Source of the DNA: Azolla caroliniana
Taxonomy: Eukaryota > Plantae > Polypodiophyta
DNA length: 64,000 nt
Assembly (NCBI GenBank): GCA_043228905.1
Contig: JBHGNT010000004.1
Coordinates: 11,656,001 to 11,720,000 of the forward strand
Direction of reading: 5' to 3'
A program made the position numbers and the translations under genes. The notes under the pieces were generated by a model, which was not told the DNA's origin, did no database searches, and worked only from the letters and a program-made list of their open reading frames with translations. The number at the start of each line of letters is the position of its first letter. Within the stretch, counting starts at the first letter, position 1. Shown here in pieces: positions 36,186-49,960 of the stretch.

Positions 36186-39100
36186 AGACCCGACGAGAAC
36201 CGGATGGCCAGTACCCGGCAAGCACCGGATGATGCAGGCCCGGTGAGGAGTGCTCACCGGATGAAGAGACATATTCGTAAATATGTTTCTGAGAGTCCAT
36301 CGAGGCTATATTTGTAAATAGCCGAAAAGTCATATTATTAAAAATATGACATGGGGCAAACTGAGAAGGATATAGTTGTTGTCATTTCTTGTTGGCGCAA
36401 GAGATCAGAGCGCGTAACTGTGTACAGAGAGAGAGAGAGAGGACGAGGTCGTTGCCTCTGTTGTAACCGCCGCCTGTGGCGAAGATAGAAAGCTCGAGGT
36501 TGTTGCCTCGGTGCTTTACTGTTGTACACTGTAACATAGTGATAGTTTGCAGCCTGTGGGCTGCCGTGGTTTTTCCCTAGTTTGGGTTTTCCACGTAAAC
36601 ATCCTGTGTACTCTTCTCTTCATTGTGTCGTGCATTCATTCCTGTTTTTTGTGTATGATTCTAAGCTCGGTTGTGGCCAAGCGTTGCGCATAGGGGACGT
36701 ATAGTTCCCATCAAGTGGTATTAGAGCGAAACGACACAGAAAATGGATGATTCGTTGGGAGGCATGTTCAAGCTCACCGGCTCCAACTATTCGGTGTGGA
36801 AGTCGAAGATGAGGGACATGCTCGTGGTTAAAGATATTTGGTTGCCGGTTCAGTTTGGGGACAAGAGACCAGACAAAATCGACGCTACGATATGGGAGGT
36901 GATGCACATGAAGACAACGGCTTACATACGGTGCTTCATCGACATGAGCCTATACAACAACTTCAATGAAGAGAGCAAGGCTCATGACCTCTGGGAGAAG
37001 ATCGGCATTATGTTTCAGAACAAAAATGTTGTTAACTAGGTTTCGGTATTCCGGAAGCTAGTAAGACTCCGGTACCAAGATGGCTCTAGCATGGCGGAGC
37101 ACATGAATGCCTTCCAGGGGCTGATACACCAGGCAACATCATTGGAAGTACCTCTCGCCGATGAGGTACTAGCGCTACTCCTGCTCGGTTCCCTCCCGGA
37201 TAGTTGGGAGACGTTGGTTGTCACTTTGGGCAACGCCGGGCCGGAAGGGAAACGGTTATCCCTATCAAGAGTGAAGTCGAGCTTGCTAGATGAGGAGGCC
37301 CGTCGGAAAGATAAGGATACGACCTCCAACTCCAAAGCGCTCCTTACCAAATCGAAACGCGGAAGACAAAGAAACCATAGTCCCCAGAACCTGGAGAAGT
37401 CGGGGACACAGTCAAAGTCAAGGGGAAGACCTACTTGCTTCTATTGCGGCAAGCCGGGACACTTCCAAAAGAACTGTCGGCATTTCCGAAAAGACAAGGA
37501 AACCGACGGTACCGATTCGAAGCGGACCCCGGACCGGAACGGTAAAGACCGGAGGGGGCCGGACCGGAAGGGAACGACGGCAATCACGGCAAGTGAAGAA
37601 GAGTTGATGCTCATCACCGAGGAGAGTGAGATAAACCTTGCCGACGACGAGATGACCTGGGTGGTAGACTCCAGAGCGTCGTTCCACCTTACCCCAGACC
37701 GGAAATGCTTCTCATCCTACTCAACCGGTGATCACGACTGTGTCCGGATGGGGAATGAAGGTACATGCCGAATTGTCGGCATAGGAGACGTGTGGCTGAC
37801 AACACCAAGTGGATGCAAGTTGTTGTTGAAGGATGTCTGACACGTTCCGAAGGTTCGACTTAACCTGATATCAGCTGGTCGGCTAGATGATGAAGGCTAC
37901 ACGGGTAGCATCTAGAACGGTGTCATGAAGTTCTGCAAAGGGAGCCTCATTGTGGCTCGGGCCCGGAAGTTCAACACACTGTACCTGATGAATGCCCGGT
38001 TATGTCCGGAGGAAGTGAACGTGGCATTCGACACTGCAAGTGAGCTGTGTCACATGAGCGAGAAGGGGATGAAGAGGCTTGCAGACGACAACCTCATTCC
38101 AGTGAAAAACGTGCACTTGGAGAAGTGCACTGATTGTCTGGCTAGTAAGCAAAACCGGACCTCCTTCCGACCAAGGCCACCGACGAGATGTAATGCACCA
38201 CTGGAGTTGGTGCATACTGATGTGTGTCAAGTGGACACAAAGTCACATGCAGGATCGTAGTACTTCGTGACGTTCATAGATGACCACAGTCGGAAGCTGT
38301 GGGCCACACCGTTGAAGACGAAGGATCAGGTGCTATCCGTCTTCAAAGAGCTCCACGCGAGAGTGGAAAGAGAAACCGGCTGGAAGCTGAAGGCGGTTCG
38401 AGCATATAACGGAGGTGAATACCGGGGGCAGTTCGAGGAGTACTATCGCTCGAAGGGAATCCGGCTCAAATTTACCGTGCCGAAGACGCCGAAACTAAAC
38501 GGGCTAGCCGAGAGGATGAACCGGACCATAATGGAGAGGGTCCGGAGTATGCTAGCGCATGCAAAACTACCCAAGAAGTTTTGGGTTGAGGCACTGTCGA
38601 CGGCGACATATGTGATAAACAGATCACCCTCAGTACCCTTGGACGGAGACACGCCACAGAGAGTCTGGACCAGTAAGGAAGTGTCCTACCGGCATCTGAA
38701 AGTATTCGAGTGTCTTGCGTATGTGCATGTAGCTAAGGACCGGAGAGGAAAACTAGATCCGAAGACCCGGCCATGCATATTCCTCGGTTACGGCGACGAT
38801 GAGTTCGGCTACCGAGTGTGGGACCTGGTCGAGAAGAAGGTATTCCGGAGTCGAGATATTATCTTCATGGAGAACAAGACTCTTTCCAACTAGGAGTCGG
38901 AGAAGAAGATAATGAACTCCGAGTCGACCGGTAAGGATCGATTCTACGATGAGCAGACCCAACCGGCAAGAGACCGGTTAGCACTCGAGGGACCAGCCGG
39001 TTACGGTGAGGATACCGAACAGGCTGAAGAAGAAGTTGAGGAAGCTGAAACCGGAACCGGCCAAGACCCCGAATCGGATTCGAATGAAGAGCAAATGGAG

Positions 39101-40790
39101 GAGCCGGTTACCGAAGCCCAAAGACGGAGATATCCTCTCAAAGAGAGAAGGGCCCCCCGGAGATTTCCGGATGCAGAGCATGTTCTGCTGATCGATGAGG
39201 AGGAGCCGGAAAGCTTCGAAGAAGCGAAGGATGACACCCACAGCCGCAAATGGTTAAGTGCCATCCAGGATGAGATGGATTCCCTGCACGAGAACCATAC
39301 GTACGAATTGGTGGAGTTGCCGAAAGGAAAGCGGGCACTCCGAAACAAGTGGGTGTACAAGTTGAAACTGGGAGATGCCGGCAACCTCCCAAGATACAAA
39401 GCCAGGATCGTGGTGAAGGGGTTCCAGCAGAAGAAGGGCGTGGACTTCGACGAAATATTTGCCCCGGTAGTAAAGATGACCTCCATCCGGACGGTGCTGA
39501 GTATAGCAGCAAGCATGGACCTCAAGGTAGAGCAGCTGGACGTAAAGACGGCATTCCTTCACGGTGACCTCGAAGAGGAGATCTACATGCAGCAACCGGA
39601 AGGATTCGTGGAGAAAGGGAAGGAGCACTTGGTTTGCCGGTTGAAGAAGAGCCTGTACGGACTGAAGCAAGCTCCCCGACAATGCTACCGGAAGTTCGAC
39701 TCCTTCATGACCGATCAAGGGTACCACAAGACGCAGGCCGATCACTCTGTGTTTGTGAAGAAGTTTGAAGGAGGCGACTTCCTGATACTCCTTCTGTACG
39801 TGGACGACATGTTGATCGTCGGACGGGACCTTCTCAATGAAAGGCTCTCAACCGGACCTTCTCAATGAAAGACTTGGGTCCGGCAAGACAGATGTTGGGG
39901 ATGCATATCATCCGGAACCAGCCAATGAAGCAACTGTGGCTGTCACAGGAGAAATACATGACAAAGGTGCTTCAGCGGTTCAACATGTCAGATGTGAAAC
40001 CGATCGGATCGACACTTCCGGCAAACTGCAGGCTATCCGGTAAGCAAAGCCCAAAGACAAAAGCAGAGAAGATGGATATGATGAAGTTTCCAAATGCCTC
40101 TGCCGTCGGGAGCTTAATGTACGCAATGGTTTGTACCCGACCGGATATAGGATACACAGTCGGAGTGGTGAGCCGATTTATGAGCAATCCCGGCAAGGAG
40201 CACTGGAACGCAGTCAAATGGATACTCCGGTACTTCAAGGGCACTACCAATATGTGTCTCCGATTCGGCTCCGGAAAACCTCAACTTGACGGTTTCACCG
40301 ATTCGGACATGTCGGCTGATGTGGATACCAGCCGGTCTACATCCAGGTATGTAATGACATATGCAGGGGCAGTTGTATCGTGGCAGTCGAGGCTGCAGAA
40401 GACGGTTGCATTGTCAACCACGGAGGCGGAGTACATGGCGGCTGTGGAAGCCGGCAAGGAAATATTATGGATGAAGGACTTCATCGGAGAGCTCAGTATC
40501 CGGCAAGATGAATACCGGCTCTATTGCGACAGTCAAAGTGCCATCCACCTTGCTAAGAATGCGGCCTACCATTCCCGGATGAAGCATATCCAGCGAAGGT
40601 ATCACTGGATCCGGGAAAGAGTAGATGACCAGGAGTTCGCACTGACGAAGATCCACACGGCCGAGAACGGGTCAGATATGCTGACCAAAGTGTTGATACC
40701 CGACAAGCTGGATGCATGCCGGAAGCGGATCGGACTAGTAAGACACCCCATGCCGAAGTGAAGGGGGAGTTTGTTGGGAGACAAGTCCCT

Positions 40791-41056
40791 CCGGATGGTG
40801 TAGACCCGGTGAGAACCAGATGAGGATTACCCGGCTACGGAGAGCCGGATGGTGAAGACCCAGTGAGAACCGGATGAGGAGTACCCGGCTACGGAGAGCC
40901 GGATGGTGCAGACCCAGTGAGAACCGGATGACGAGTACCTAGCTACGGAGAGCCGGATGGTGTAGAACCGATGTGAACCGGATGAGGAGAACCCGGCTAC
41001 GGAGAGCCGGATGGTGCAGACCCGGTGAGAACCGGATGAGGAGTACCCGGAAACGG
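40791..41056 (+). repeat. 54-bp tandem array (about 5 units) in the 3' LTR of K
   Basis: Same unit as in the 5' LTR. Confidence 0.95.
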
Positions 41057-43225
41057 AAGACCCGACGAGAACCGGATGGCCAGTACCCGGCAAGCGCCGG
41101 ATGATGCAGGCCCGGTGAGGAGTGCTCACCGGATGAAGAGACATATTCGTAAATATGTTTCTGAGAGTCCATCGAGGCTATATTTGTAAATAGCCGAAAA
41201 GTCATATTAGTAAAAATATGACTTAGGGAAAACTGAGAAGGATATAGTTGTTGTCATTTCTTGTTGGCGCAAGAGATTAGAGCGCGTAACTGTGTACAGA
41301 GAGAGAGAGAGAGAGAGGAAGAGGTTGTTGCCTCTGTTGTAACCGCTGCCTATGGCGAAGATAGAAAGCTCGAGGTTGTTGCCTCGGCGCTTTACTGTTG
41401 TACACTGTAACATAGTGATAGTTTGCAGCCTGTGGGCTGACGTGGTTTTTCCCTAGTTTGGGTTTTCCACGTAAACATCCTGTGTACTCTTCTCTTCACT
41501 GTGTCGTGCATTCATTCCTATTTTTTGTGTATGATTCTAAGCTCGGTTGTGGCCGAGCGTTGCGCATAGGGGACGTATAGTTCCTGTCACAATATGTGTT
41601 ACAACAAGGCGATCGTGTAGCATCAATCTATGCATCCGAATTTCGTCAGCTCGCGTGTGATGTCGAGTGGGACGGACAAGCCCTCCTCGATCAATTCCGC
41701 CGAGGATTACGAGGTGAAATAAAAAATCTTTTACTTAATTTTCCTGAGCCCACATCTTTGAATGAGTCTATTTCCCCAGCTGTGCGCTACGATAACCGTC
41801 TCTTTGAGTTCCGGCAAGAGGAACGTCCTCACCGGATCCATCCACCTTGGCCAGCCGCTACCCGAAGTCACCAACCATGGTTGATGACACTGCCTCCTAT
41901 GTCATCCTCCACTTCATCTTCAACTCCCGTCATAGATTCTAGCTCGCCAATGGAGATCGATCAAATTCTCTATCGACCATTGACTAATGCGAAACGACAA
42001 CATCGACGGGCCAACAATTTATGGCTCTATTGTGGCGGCGCTGACCATTTCATCCGCTCTTGCCCAAAAAAGGGACCCCGTCAAACACCACATCGTGTGG
42101 ATGGGGTTGACATTTTGGGCCAACAGGAAAACTCCAATGTCCAGTTGCAGTAGGGGCTGTGCATCTGGGCCACAAGAGTCGACAATTATGTCAAGGGCCC
42201 AATCAACCGACTTCCTCAACAACAAGTTTCACGATTCCGATCACTCTTGAGTTTGGCTCAACCACTCTGAAGACAAAAGCTTTATTGGATTCTAGGGCTA
42301 CGTCATGCTTTATTGACATCATGTTTGCACGAAAACACAACATTCCAAGCAACAAATTAACCGTCCCAATTCCAGTTGAAGTGATCGACAGTCGAACACT
42401 CTCTTCTGGTGTCATCACAAATACAACAATTCCCTTGGGTCTCCACATAGGAACCCACCAGGAAGAAATCACTTTTAACCTCATCACATCACCTCGACAT
42501 CCTATCATCTTGGGGTTATCATGGCTCGAAACTCACAATCCAGTTGTGGATTGGCGATCTCGCTCCATCAATTTCACCACAAATTTTCACTCACAAGGTA
42601 TTACGTCCACCCTTCTTCGAACCAATGCTCCGCCATTTGTTTGGACGCCTACTCCAATGAGGATCGTCTCAACGGTTGCTCCCACTCATGTTTTGGGGAC
42701 AACTCCCATTTCTGCTCCAGTGAGAACCACATCAATGGTTGCTCCGATTCCAGTTTCTGTCCAATGAGGACCGCGTCAACGGTCGCTCCCACCCATTTTT
42801 CAAGGGCAACTCCCATTTCTGCTCCGGTGAGGACCAAGTTATCGGTCACTCCCATTTCCTCTTCAGCGAGAACCATGTTAGCGGTTGCTCCAATAGAAAC
42901 AACATCGATAGTTAGTCCCGTGTCAGCCTCAAAAACAGTTCCAACTCTTGCTCAAGTAAGCGATGCAATGCTGATTGCATCCATTTCTAATTCTAAGGAC
43001 ATGGCAGTCATGTCCACTCTAGATACTACCCTATGTACTAGCTCTTTTCCATTAAAATACAATGATTTCTCTAATGTATTTGAGAAGAAAAATGTTGATC
43101 GCCTACCCGAACATCACCCATACAATTGTCCGATTGACTTGAAAGATGGTGCTTGTCTTCCATTTGGCCCTATCTATGGCTTATTTGAACCTGAACTCAA
43201 GACCCTCAAAATATACATTGAAGAG

Positions 43226-46200
43226 TGAGAAAGAATACGTTGTGCGGAAGCAATAGAAAACCAAACACAGAAAATACGCAGGTTTAATGGAGAGCTTGAA
43301 TATACACAGTACGCGGGAGAGACAGAGAGAGAGTACACACGGAAACTCAATTCAAAATAATACTCAATCTGTACATCGTATGTGTTCAGTGAACACTTTT
43401 ATACAAGTCCATACGGGCTGACAGAACTATGGTGTACTTCAATGCTCACACGAGCGTCTGACACTAACTATGAGATATAAACTCCCTAGTAGACTAGTTG
43501 CTACTTGGCTTTCGGTTACTGCTTGATCCAGCTAACCGGCTCCCCAGTTCACCGATTCGGCTCATCCTTCCGGATGCCGATCCGGCTCAGGCTTATTCAG
43601 CTGATCCGGATCCGGTTGAGCTTGCCGCTCAACACTCCCCCTCAAGCTCAACTTGAGGTAGATCGTAGTGTTAGTCTCCAAGGTAGCCGGTCCTTCCACC
43701 CGACTCCTAGCGTCACTCCGCCTCGCTCGCACTCCTTGTCCGGTCCGGTCCCGTTTGCCGTGAACCTTCTGTTTTTGCGCATCTCGACCTCCTCTGACGG
43801 CTTGTCTGCTCAATAGGCCCAAATCAGCTCCCTCGTTGTTGTGAATTCGGCGCTTGTTGACTCGCCGATTCCTTCGTGTTGGCGTCAACTTTTGCTGCCA
43901 TCTCATCCTCGTGGCCTTGAATTGATCCGGATCTTCTGAATCCGTCTATTGAACCGAATCGGTTGTCTCCAATTCGTTCCAGCTCTTGTCCAAATCCGTT
44001 GCTCCCGATTCATCTTCTAGTTCCAAGCGCTTCACCACATCGGACCATGTTTGGGTCTTGGCCTTCTTCTTCCGGTCGGCTCTGTCCTTCTTGACTCTGT
44101 CGCCGCTGCCGCTTGTTGCAACTTGTTCGGATGTGTCAACTTCCTTTGTCGACTCGGCTCCTTTCTTCTTCTTGTCTCCCCCTTTGTCGATTTTTCCCTC
44201 ACTAGCGCAATCGGCAATTTCTTTGCCTTTACCCGTTCTCCTCCTCAAGTGTGGCACGTCGAGATGTTGAACACCAAGCATTTTGGTGAAGTGTTGCAAC
44301 TTGTCCAATCCGAGCGGTTTGGTGAAGATGTCGGCAACTTGCCGATCCGTATGAAGATACCGAAGTTCGCCTTTACCGCCTAGGACACGCTCACGCACGA
44401 AGTGGTAGTGCACTTCTATGTGCTTTGTGCAAGCATGGAATACGAGGTTCTTGGCGAGTTGCATGTTGCTTATGTTTTCGCAGTAGATCAAGATCGGGGT
44501 CGGCACCTCGATCGGCAGGTCTTGTAGCAGTCGCCAAAGCCAAATGGCTTCACAAGTGGCAACGGTAGCGCCCCGGTATTCAGCCTCAATGCTCGAAAGG
44601 GCCACTGTTGGCTACTTTTTGCTGCTCCACGCAACAGTCGCGCTACCAAGGGAAAACATATAGCTGGAGGTGGATCGGCAATCCGATGCATCATCGGCCC
44701 AATCGGCATTGGTATAGCCGACTAGCTCTTCGGTTATACCATGTCGGTATAACAGTTCCCGGTCCTTCATGCCGCTCACATATCACAAAATTCGATGAGC
44801 GCACAGAAGGTGCTCCACGGTCGGCTTCTACATATATTGGTTGATCACGCCGACTGGATAACTGATGTTGGGTCGGGTGATTGTCAAATATATGAGGCTT
44901 CCGACGATTTTTCAGAGCCGCTTCTCATCGCAGGCCGGTCTGGAGTCGGGACGGAGCTTCTGATTCCGGTCTAGGGGTGTAGAGATAGGTCGGCATTCCG
45001 TCATGCCGAACTTGTACAACATATTCAACACATAGTGTCTTTGTGAGAGCAATATGCCATTGGGGGTTCAGATCACCTCGATCCCAAGGAAATAGTGAAG
45101 GTCCCCCAGGTCCTTCATCTCAAATGCGTCCGACAGCTGGGACTTGACTTGGCTGATTTCATCGAGTCTGGGTCCGGTGATGACCAGATCATCAACATAC
45201 AACAAGATGCAAACCGGACCCTCCGGACCTTGCCGGATGAACAACGAAGAGTCAGACATGGAGGCCGCAAACCCCATCTTGCGCAATCGGTGCGTGATCT
45301 TCGCATTCCAAGCGCGGGGGGCTTGCTTCAAGCCATAAAGTGACTTCTTTAGCCGGCATACCGCCAACTTGTTCATCTCCGACTGGAAACCAGGGGGTTG
45401 GGTCATAAAGACCTCTTCTTCAAGATCTCCTTGAAGAAATGCATTCTTCACGTCCATTTGGAGAAGATGCCACCCCTTGCCGCAGCAACCACCAGCACCA
45501 CACGAACCGTCGTCATCTTCGCTACCGGAGCGAAGGTCTCATCGTAGTCGATTCCATGGGTCTGTGCGTATCCCTTCGCCACTAATCGGGCCTTGTACCG
45601 GTTAACCGAACCATCGACGTTGTACTTTACCTTGTACACCCACTTACATCCGATCAATTTACAGTGTCGGGGAGGGTCAACTAGGTCCCATGTGTCGTTG
45701 GCATCGAGTGCCCACATTTCTTCCTTCCTAGCGGCACGCCAATGTGCATCCTTTGCCGTTTCTGTGTAGCTCTCTGGCTCACGCACTTCCGCCACCTTGG
45801 TCATGTACGCATAGTGATGCGCCATGTACTCATTGTACTCGTATCGCTTCACGGGATACTTCTGGCGGGAAGACCGGTGTAATCTACCATTACCCGGTTT
45901 GAGGCCCTTCTTGGCCGGTTCGGACTTTGTTCCCGAAGATCCGCCTTCTTCCATACCGAAGTCGGATTCGCTCCGATCCGATTCATCGTTGCCGGTTTCG
46001 TATTATGGCATCTTCTTCTTCCCCTTCTCTTTGCGTGTGAACCGTCTCCTCGGTTCCTTGCACGGGGAAAGCACGGTAGAGTCTCCACTACTCGTCGGTT
46101 CCTCATCCGACTGGTCATCCCGACTCACCCACTCATTTGGTCCACTTAACCAAAATGAGATCGGACTCTCTTCTAGAGTGCCAAGGTCTTCATCTTCTAT

Positions 46201-49049
46201 CTGGGCCAGTTTAGGCTCACTAGCCTCATCCTCTAGTATCGGGTCGGGGTCAGAAGTCGGAGCCGGTAAGGCATACCATGATTTCGTCTCATCAAACTCA
46301 ACATCCCAGCTAACTCAGACCTGCTTCGTCCGGGGGTTATAACACTTATACCCCTTTTGCTCATGTAAGTAACCAACAAGGATGCATTTCTCCGACTTTG
46401 CATCCAACTTCCTCCACTTCTCATCCGACACATGCACATATGCAATGCTACCGAATATCCCAAGGTGTCTCAAATTCGGCTTGCACCCGAAATATAGCTC
46501 ATGCGCGGACACCTTGTCACCAATCCGGTTTTGGATGTAGACAGCCGTCCGGACCGCCTCCGCCCAGTAGAAATGGGGCATGCTCTTCTCTTCCAGCATT
46601 GCCCTTGCCGCATCGACAATCGACCGGTTCTTCCTCTCGGCCACACCGTTTTGCTCCGGTGTGTATCCGCAGCTGAACTCTCTCGGAATTCCTTTTTGCT
46701 ACAAATAACTGTTGAATTGGCTGGAAAAATATTCTTTTCCACCATCCGACCACAGGCATTTGATCTTCCTCTCTGTTTCCCATTCAACCAGGCTTTGCAG
46801 GTTCCAGAAACACTCGAAGACTTCGCTCTTCCGCTCAATGAGGTATATCCATGTGTGCCGGTTGTAGTTGTCTATGAAGGAGACGAAATACCGACTCCCG
46901 CCAAGACTAACATTTTGTGCAAATCCCCATACATCCGAATGAATAAAGTCGAGCTTGTTACCGCTACGGTTTCGTTCGGTGGGAAATGGAAGCCGGTGTT
47001 GCTTCCCGAGTTGGCAGGCTTCACATACTTGGGCCTTTCGGCCACTAAACTTCGGCAAACCGAAAACAACTTGTTTCGTTTGCAAGTCTTGAAGCCTCCG
47101 GTAATTGACGTGCCTAGTTCGCTTGTGCCAGAGATTGATGTCTGATTCAATCTTCTGTCCTTTGGTGAACAAAGCGGTGCCGACGTCATTGATGTCAAGG
47201 ATGAACATCCTCCCATCTTTGCGCCCTTGCGCAATAATCTGGCCCTCTTCCTCGATTAAGCACCCAAGGTGCATAAACCGCACCTGCATCCCCTCGTCAA
47301 CGATCTGATCGACTGACACCAGGTTCTTCGTGATAGTCGGAACGAGTAATACATTCATCAACTTCCCCCTCTGTCCGACGTGGCTCAAAGGGACTTTTCC
47401 GACATGCACGATTGGGTGAGGAGTGTCGTCTCCTGTTTCGACGACTCCCGGTTGTTCCGGTTTCTCCAAGAAGGAGAACCACTCTTTGTAGCTCTTCATG
47501 TGATTCAATGCACCGGAATCAACGTACCACACTTCCTCCGATTTGGAAGTGGTCTTCTTCATCGAGTTAGCCACGTGTTTCATCACCAAGGCTGGCCCTT
47601 TACCAGCTTGTCCGGTCTTGGATGCTACTAATCCTTCTGAGTAGTGTGAGTATTGTTGGTTCTCCCTACCGGCCTTGCCGTATCTGGATCTGTCCAAATC
47701 GACGCGCTTCTTCCAGCACTCGCTTTCTCTGTGGCCCTTTTGACCACATTACCAGCATTCCATGTCGGCCTTTGCTTGTCGGCCTCCAGCGCTGCCTTAA
47801 CTCCCCCTCTTTGTGGAGGGTTCGGAACTGCTGACAGCACGTTCTCTGTGCCTTTGGTCCTGCTCTTGCCGGCCGCTACCATTGCGAGCCGACCTGCCTC
47901 GTCCACCACGCCCATGGGGCCAACCCGCCTCTGTGTACAGCATCCGGCTGTCGGTGGGTGCACTTGTTGATGCACCGGCGTGGTTCTCCTCTACAAGGAG
48001 CATCGACTGTAAGTCGAAAAATGACGGCGTATTCTCCCTCGTACAGACCGTCGTTCGGAAAGCACCGAACCTAGACGTTAGCCCACCAAGGCACACTTGC
48101 ACCATCTCGTCCTCCTCGATGTTCACATTGATGGAGGTGAGTGAGTCACAAATTTCCTTGATTCGGGCTGTGTAATCAGCCACAAATAGATTTTTCTGTC
48201 GAACATTGTTGAGCTCCTGCCTGAGCTGCAACTTCCTGGCCGTGGTGCTTGCGGCAAAAATCTTCTTCAGATTTCCCCAAGCATCCTTTGGCATTTTCGC
48301 ATCCCGAATATACCTCAGAAGTTGTTCACCCACACAAGACACGAAGCAATACAATACTCTGCTCGTCGACTGTTCCCACACCAGGAAATCTCTGTGTGTC
48401 GATTCGGGTGTTGTGTCATTTGCTCTGTCGACATAGCTCCAATAACCGTGCCTGAGCAAGTACAGGTGCATCTTGTAGGACCAAGATGCGGTAGTTGTTT
48501 TCTGTCGAGCTTCTCGGTAGGAAGCAAGCTAGCCATACCTCTATCCATTTTGTTTTTCCTGTTCTTCTTGGTTGGTTTTCTTTTTAAGCTATGTCGGCTG
48601 CAGAGGTTCTCAACCCTCGCACTCTGATACCATGAGAAAGAATACATTGTGCGGAAGCAATAGAAAACTGAACACAGAAAATACGTAGGTTTAATGGAGA
48701 GCTTGAATATACACAGTACGCGGGAGAGACCAAGAGAGAGTACATGCGGAAACTCAATTCAAAATAATACTCAATTTGTACATCGTATGTGTTTAGTGAA
48801 CACTTTTATACAAGTCTATACGGATTGACAGAAGTACGGTGTACTTCAATGCTCACACGAGCGTCTGACACTAACTACGAGATATTAACTCCCTAGTAGA
48901 CTAGCTGCTACTTGGCTTCCAATTACTATTTGATCCATCTAAACGGCTCCCCAGCTCACCGGCTCACCGATCCGGCTCATCCTTCTGGATGCCAATCCGG
49001 CTCAGGCTTATTCAGCCAATCCGGATCCGGTTGAGCTTGCCGCTCAACA
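43226..49049 (-). mobile_element. Two-LTR degenerate Ty1/copia element I
   Basis: LTRs 43226-43634 and 48633-49049; TSD AAGAG; PBS at 48632-48622; PPT at 43645-43635; gag, [23 protein letters not shown] and RH motifs. Confidence 0.96.
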
Positions 49050-49960
49050 AAGAGAATCTCGCAAAGGGATTCATTCGACACTCAAAATCTCCAGTTGGCT
49101 CTCCTATTCTATTTGTCAAAAAGAAAGATGGAACGTTGCGCCTATGTATCGACTATCGCAGGCTCAATCGAGTCATCGTTTGAAACCGCTATCCACTACC
49201 TCTAATTCCCGAACTCCTCGACCGACTTCGGGTTGGGCGTATATTCTCCAAAATCGATCTCAGAGGCGCCTACAACTTGGTGCGTATCAAGCCTGGAGAT
49301 GAGTGGAAAACGACATTTCGAACCAGGTATGGGCATTTTGAATACATGGTAATGTCATTTGGTCTCACAAATGCTCTTGTCATTTTCTAGCATATTGACG
49401 GGAACTACAACGCTCCTTATACGCAACGCTCGGCCACAACCGAGCTTAGAATCATACATAGAAAACGGGAAATAAAGAATGCACGACACAAAGAAGAGAA
49501 GTGTACACAAGATGTTTACGTGGAAAACCCCAAACTAGGGAAAAAACCACGGCAACCCACATGCTGCAAACTATCACTATGTTTGAATGTACAACAGTGA
49601 GTTCACGGAGGCAACAACCTCGTGCTCACGGTCTTCGCCACATGCGGCGGTTACAACTGAGGCAATGACCTCTTCCTCTCTCTCTCTCTCTCTGTACACA
49701 ATTACGCGCTCTGATCTCACGCAGACAAGAATTACAACAAGCACAAAAGGTTTGCCCTAAGTCATATTTATACTAATATGACTTTTTGGCTATTTACAAA
49801 TACATCCATGATGGACTCTCAGAAACATATTTACGAATATGTCTCTTCATCCGGTGAGCACTCCTCACCGAGTCTGCACCATCCGGATTTCCATAGCCGG
49901 GTACTCCTCATCCGGTTCTCACCGGGTATGCACCATCCGGCTCTTCGTAGCCGGGTTCTC

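Larger units (their letters stand above)
35738..41589 (+). mobile_element. Two-LTR Ty1/copia element K (family of E)
   Basis: LTRs 35738-36713 and 40772-41589; TSD TAATA/CAATA; PBS at 36716-36727; PPT at 40760-40769; disrupted gag-pol 36743-40761. Confidence 0.96.

Noticed and set aside
35643-36333. Repetitive 209-aa and 160-aa antisense ORFs
   Set aside because: By-products of the 54-bp (18-codon) array; no independent coding evidence.
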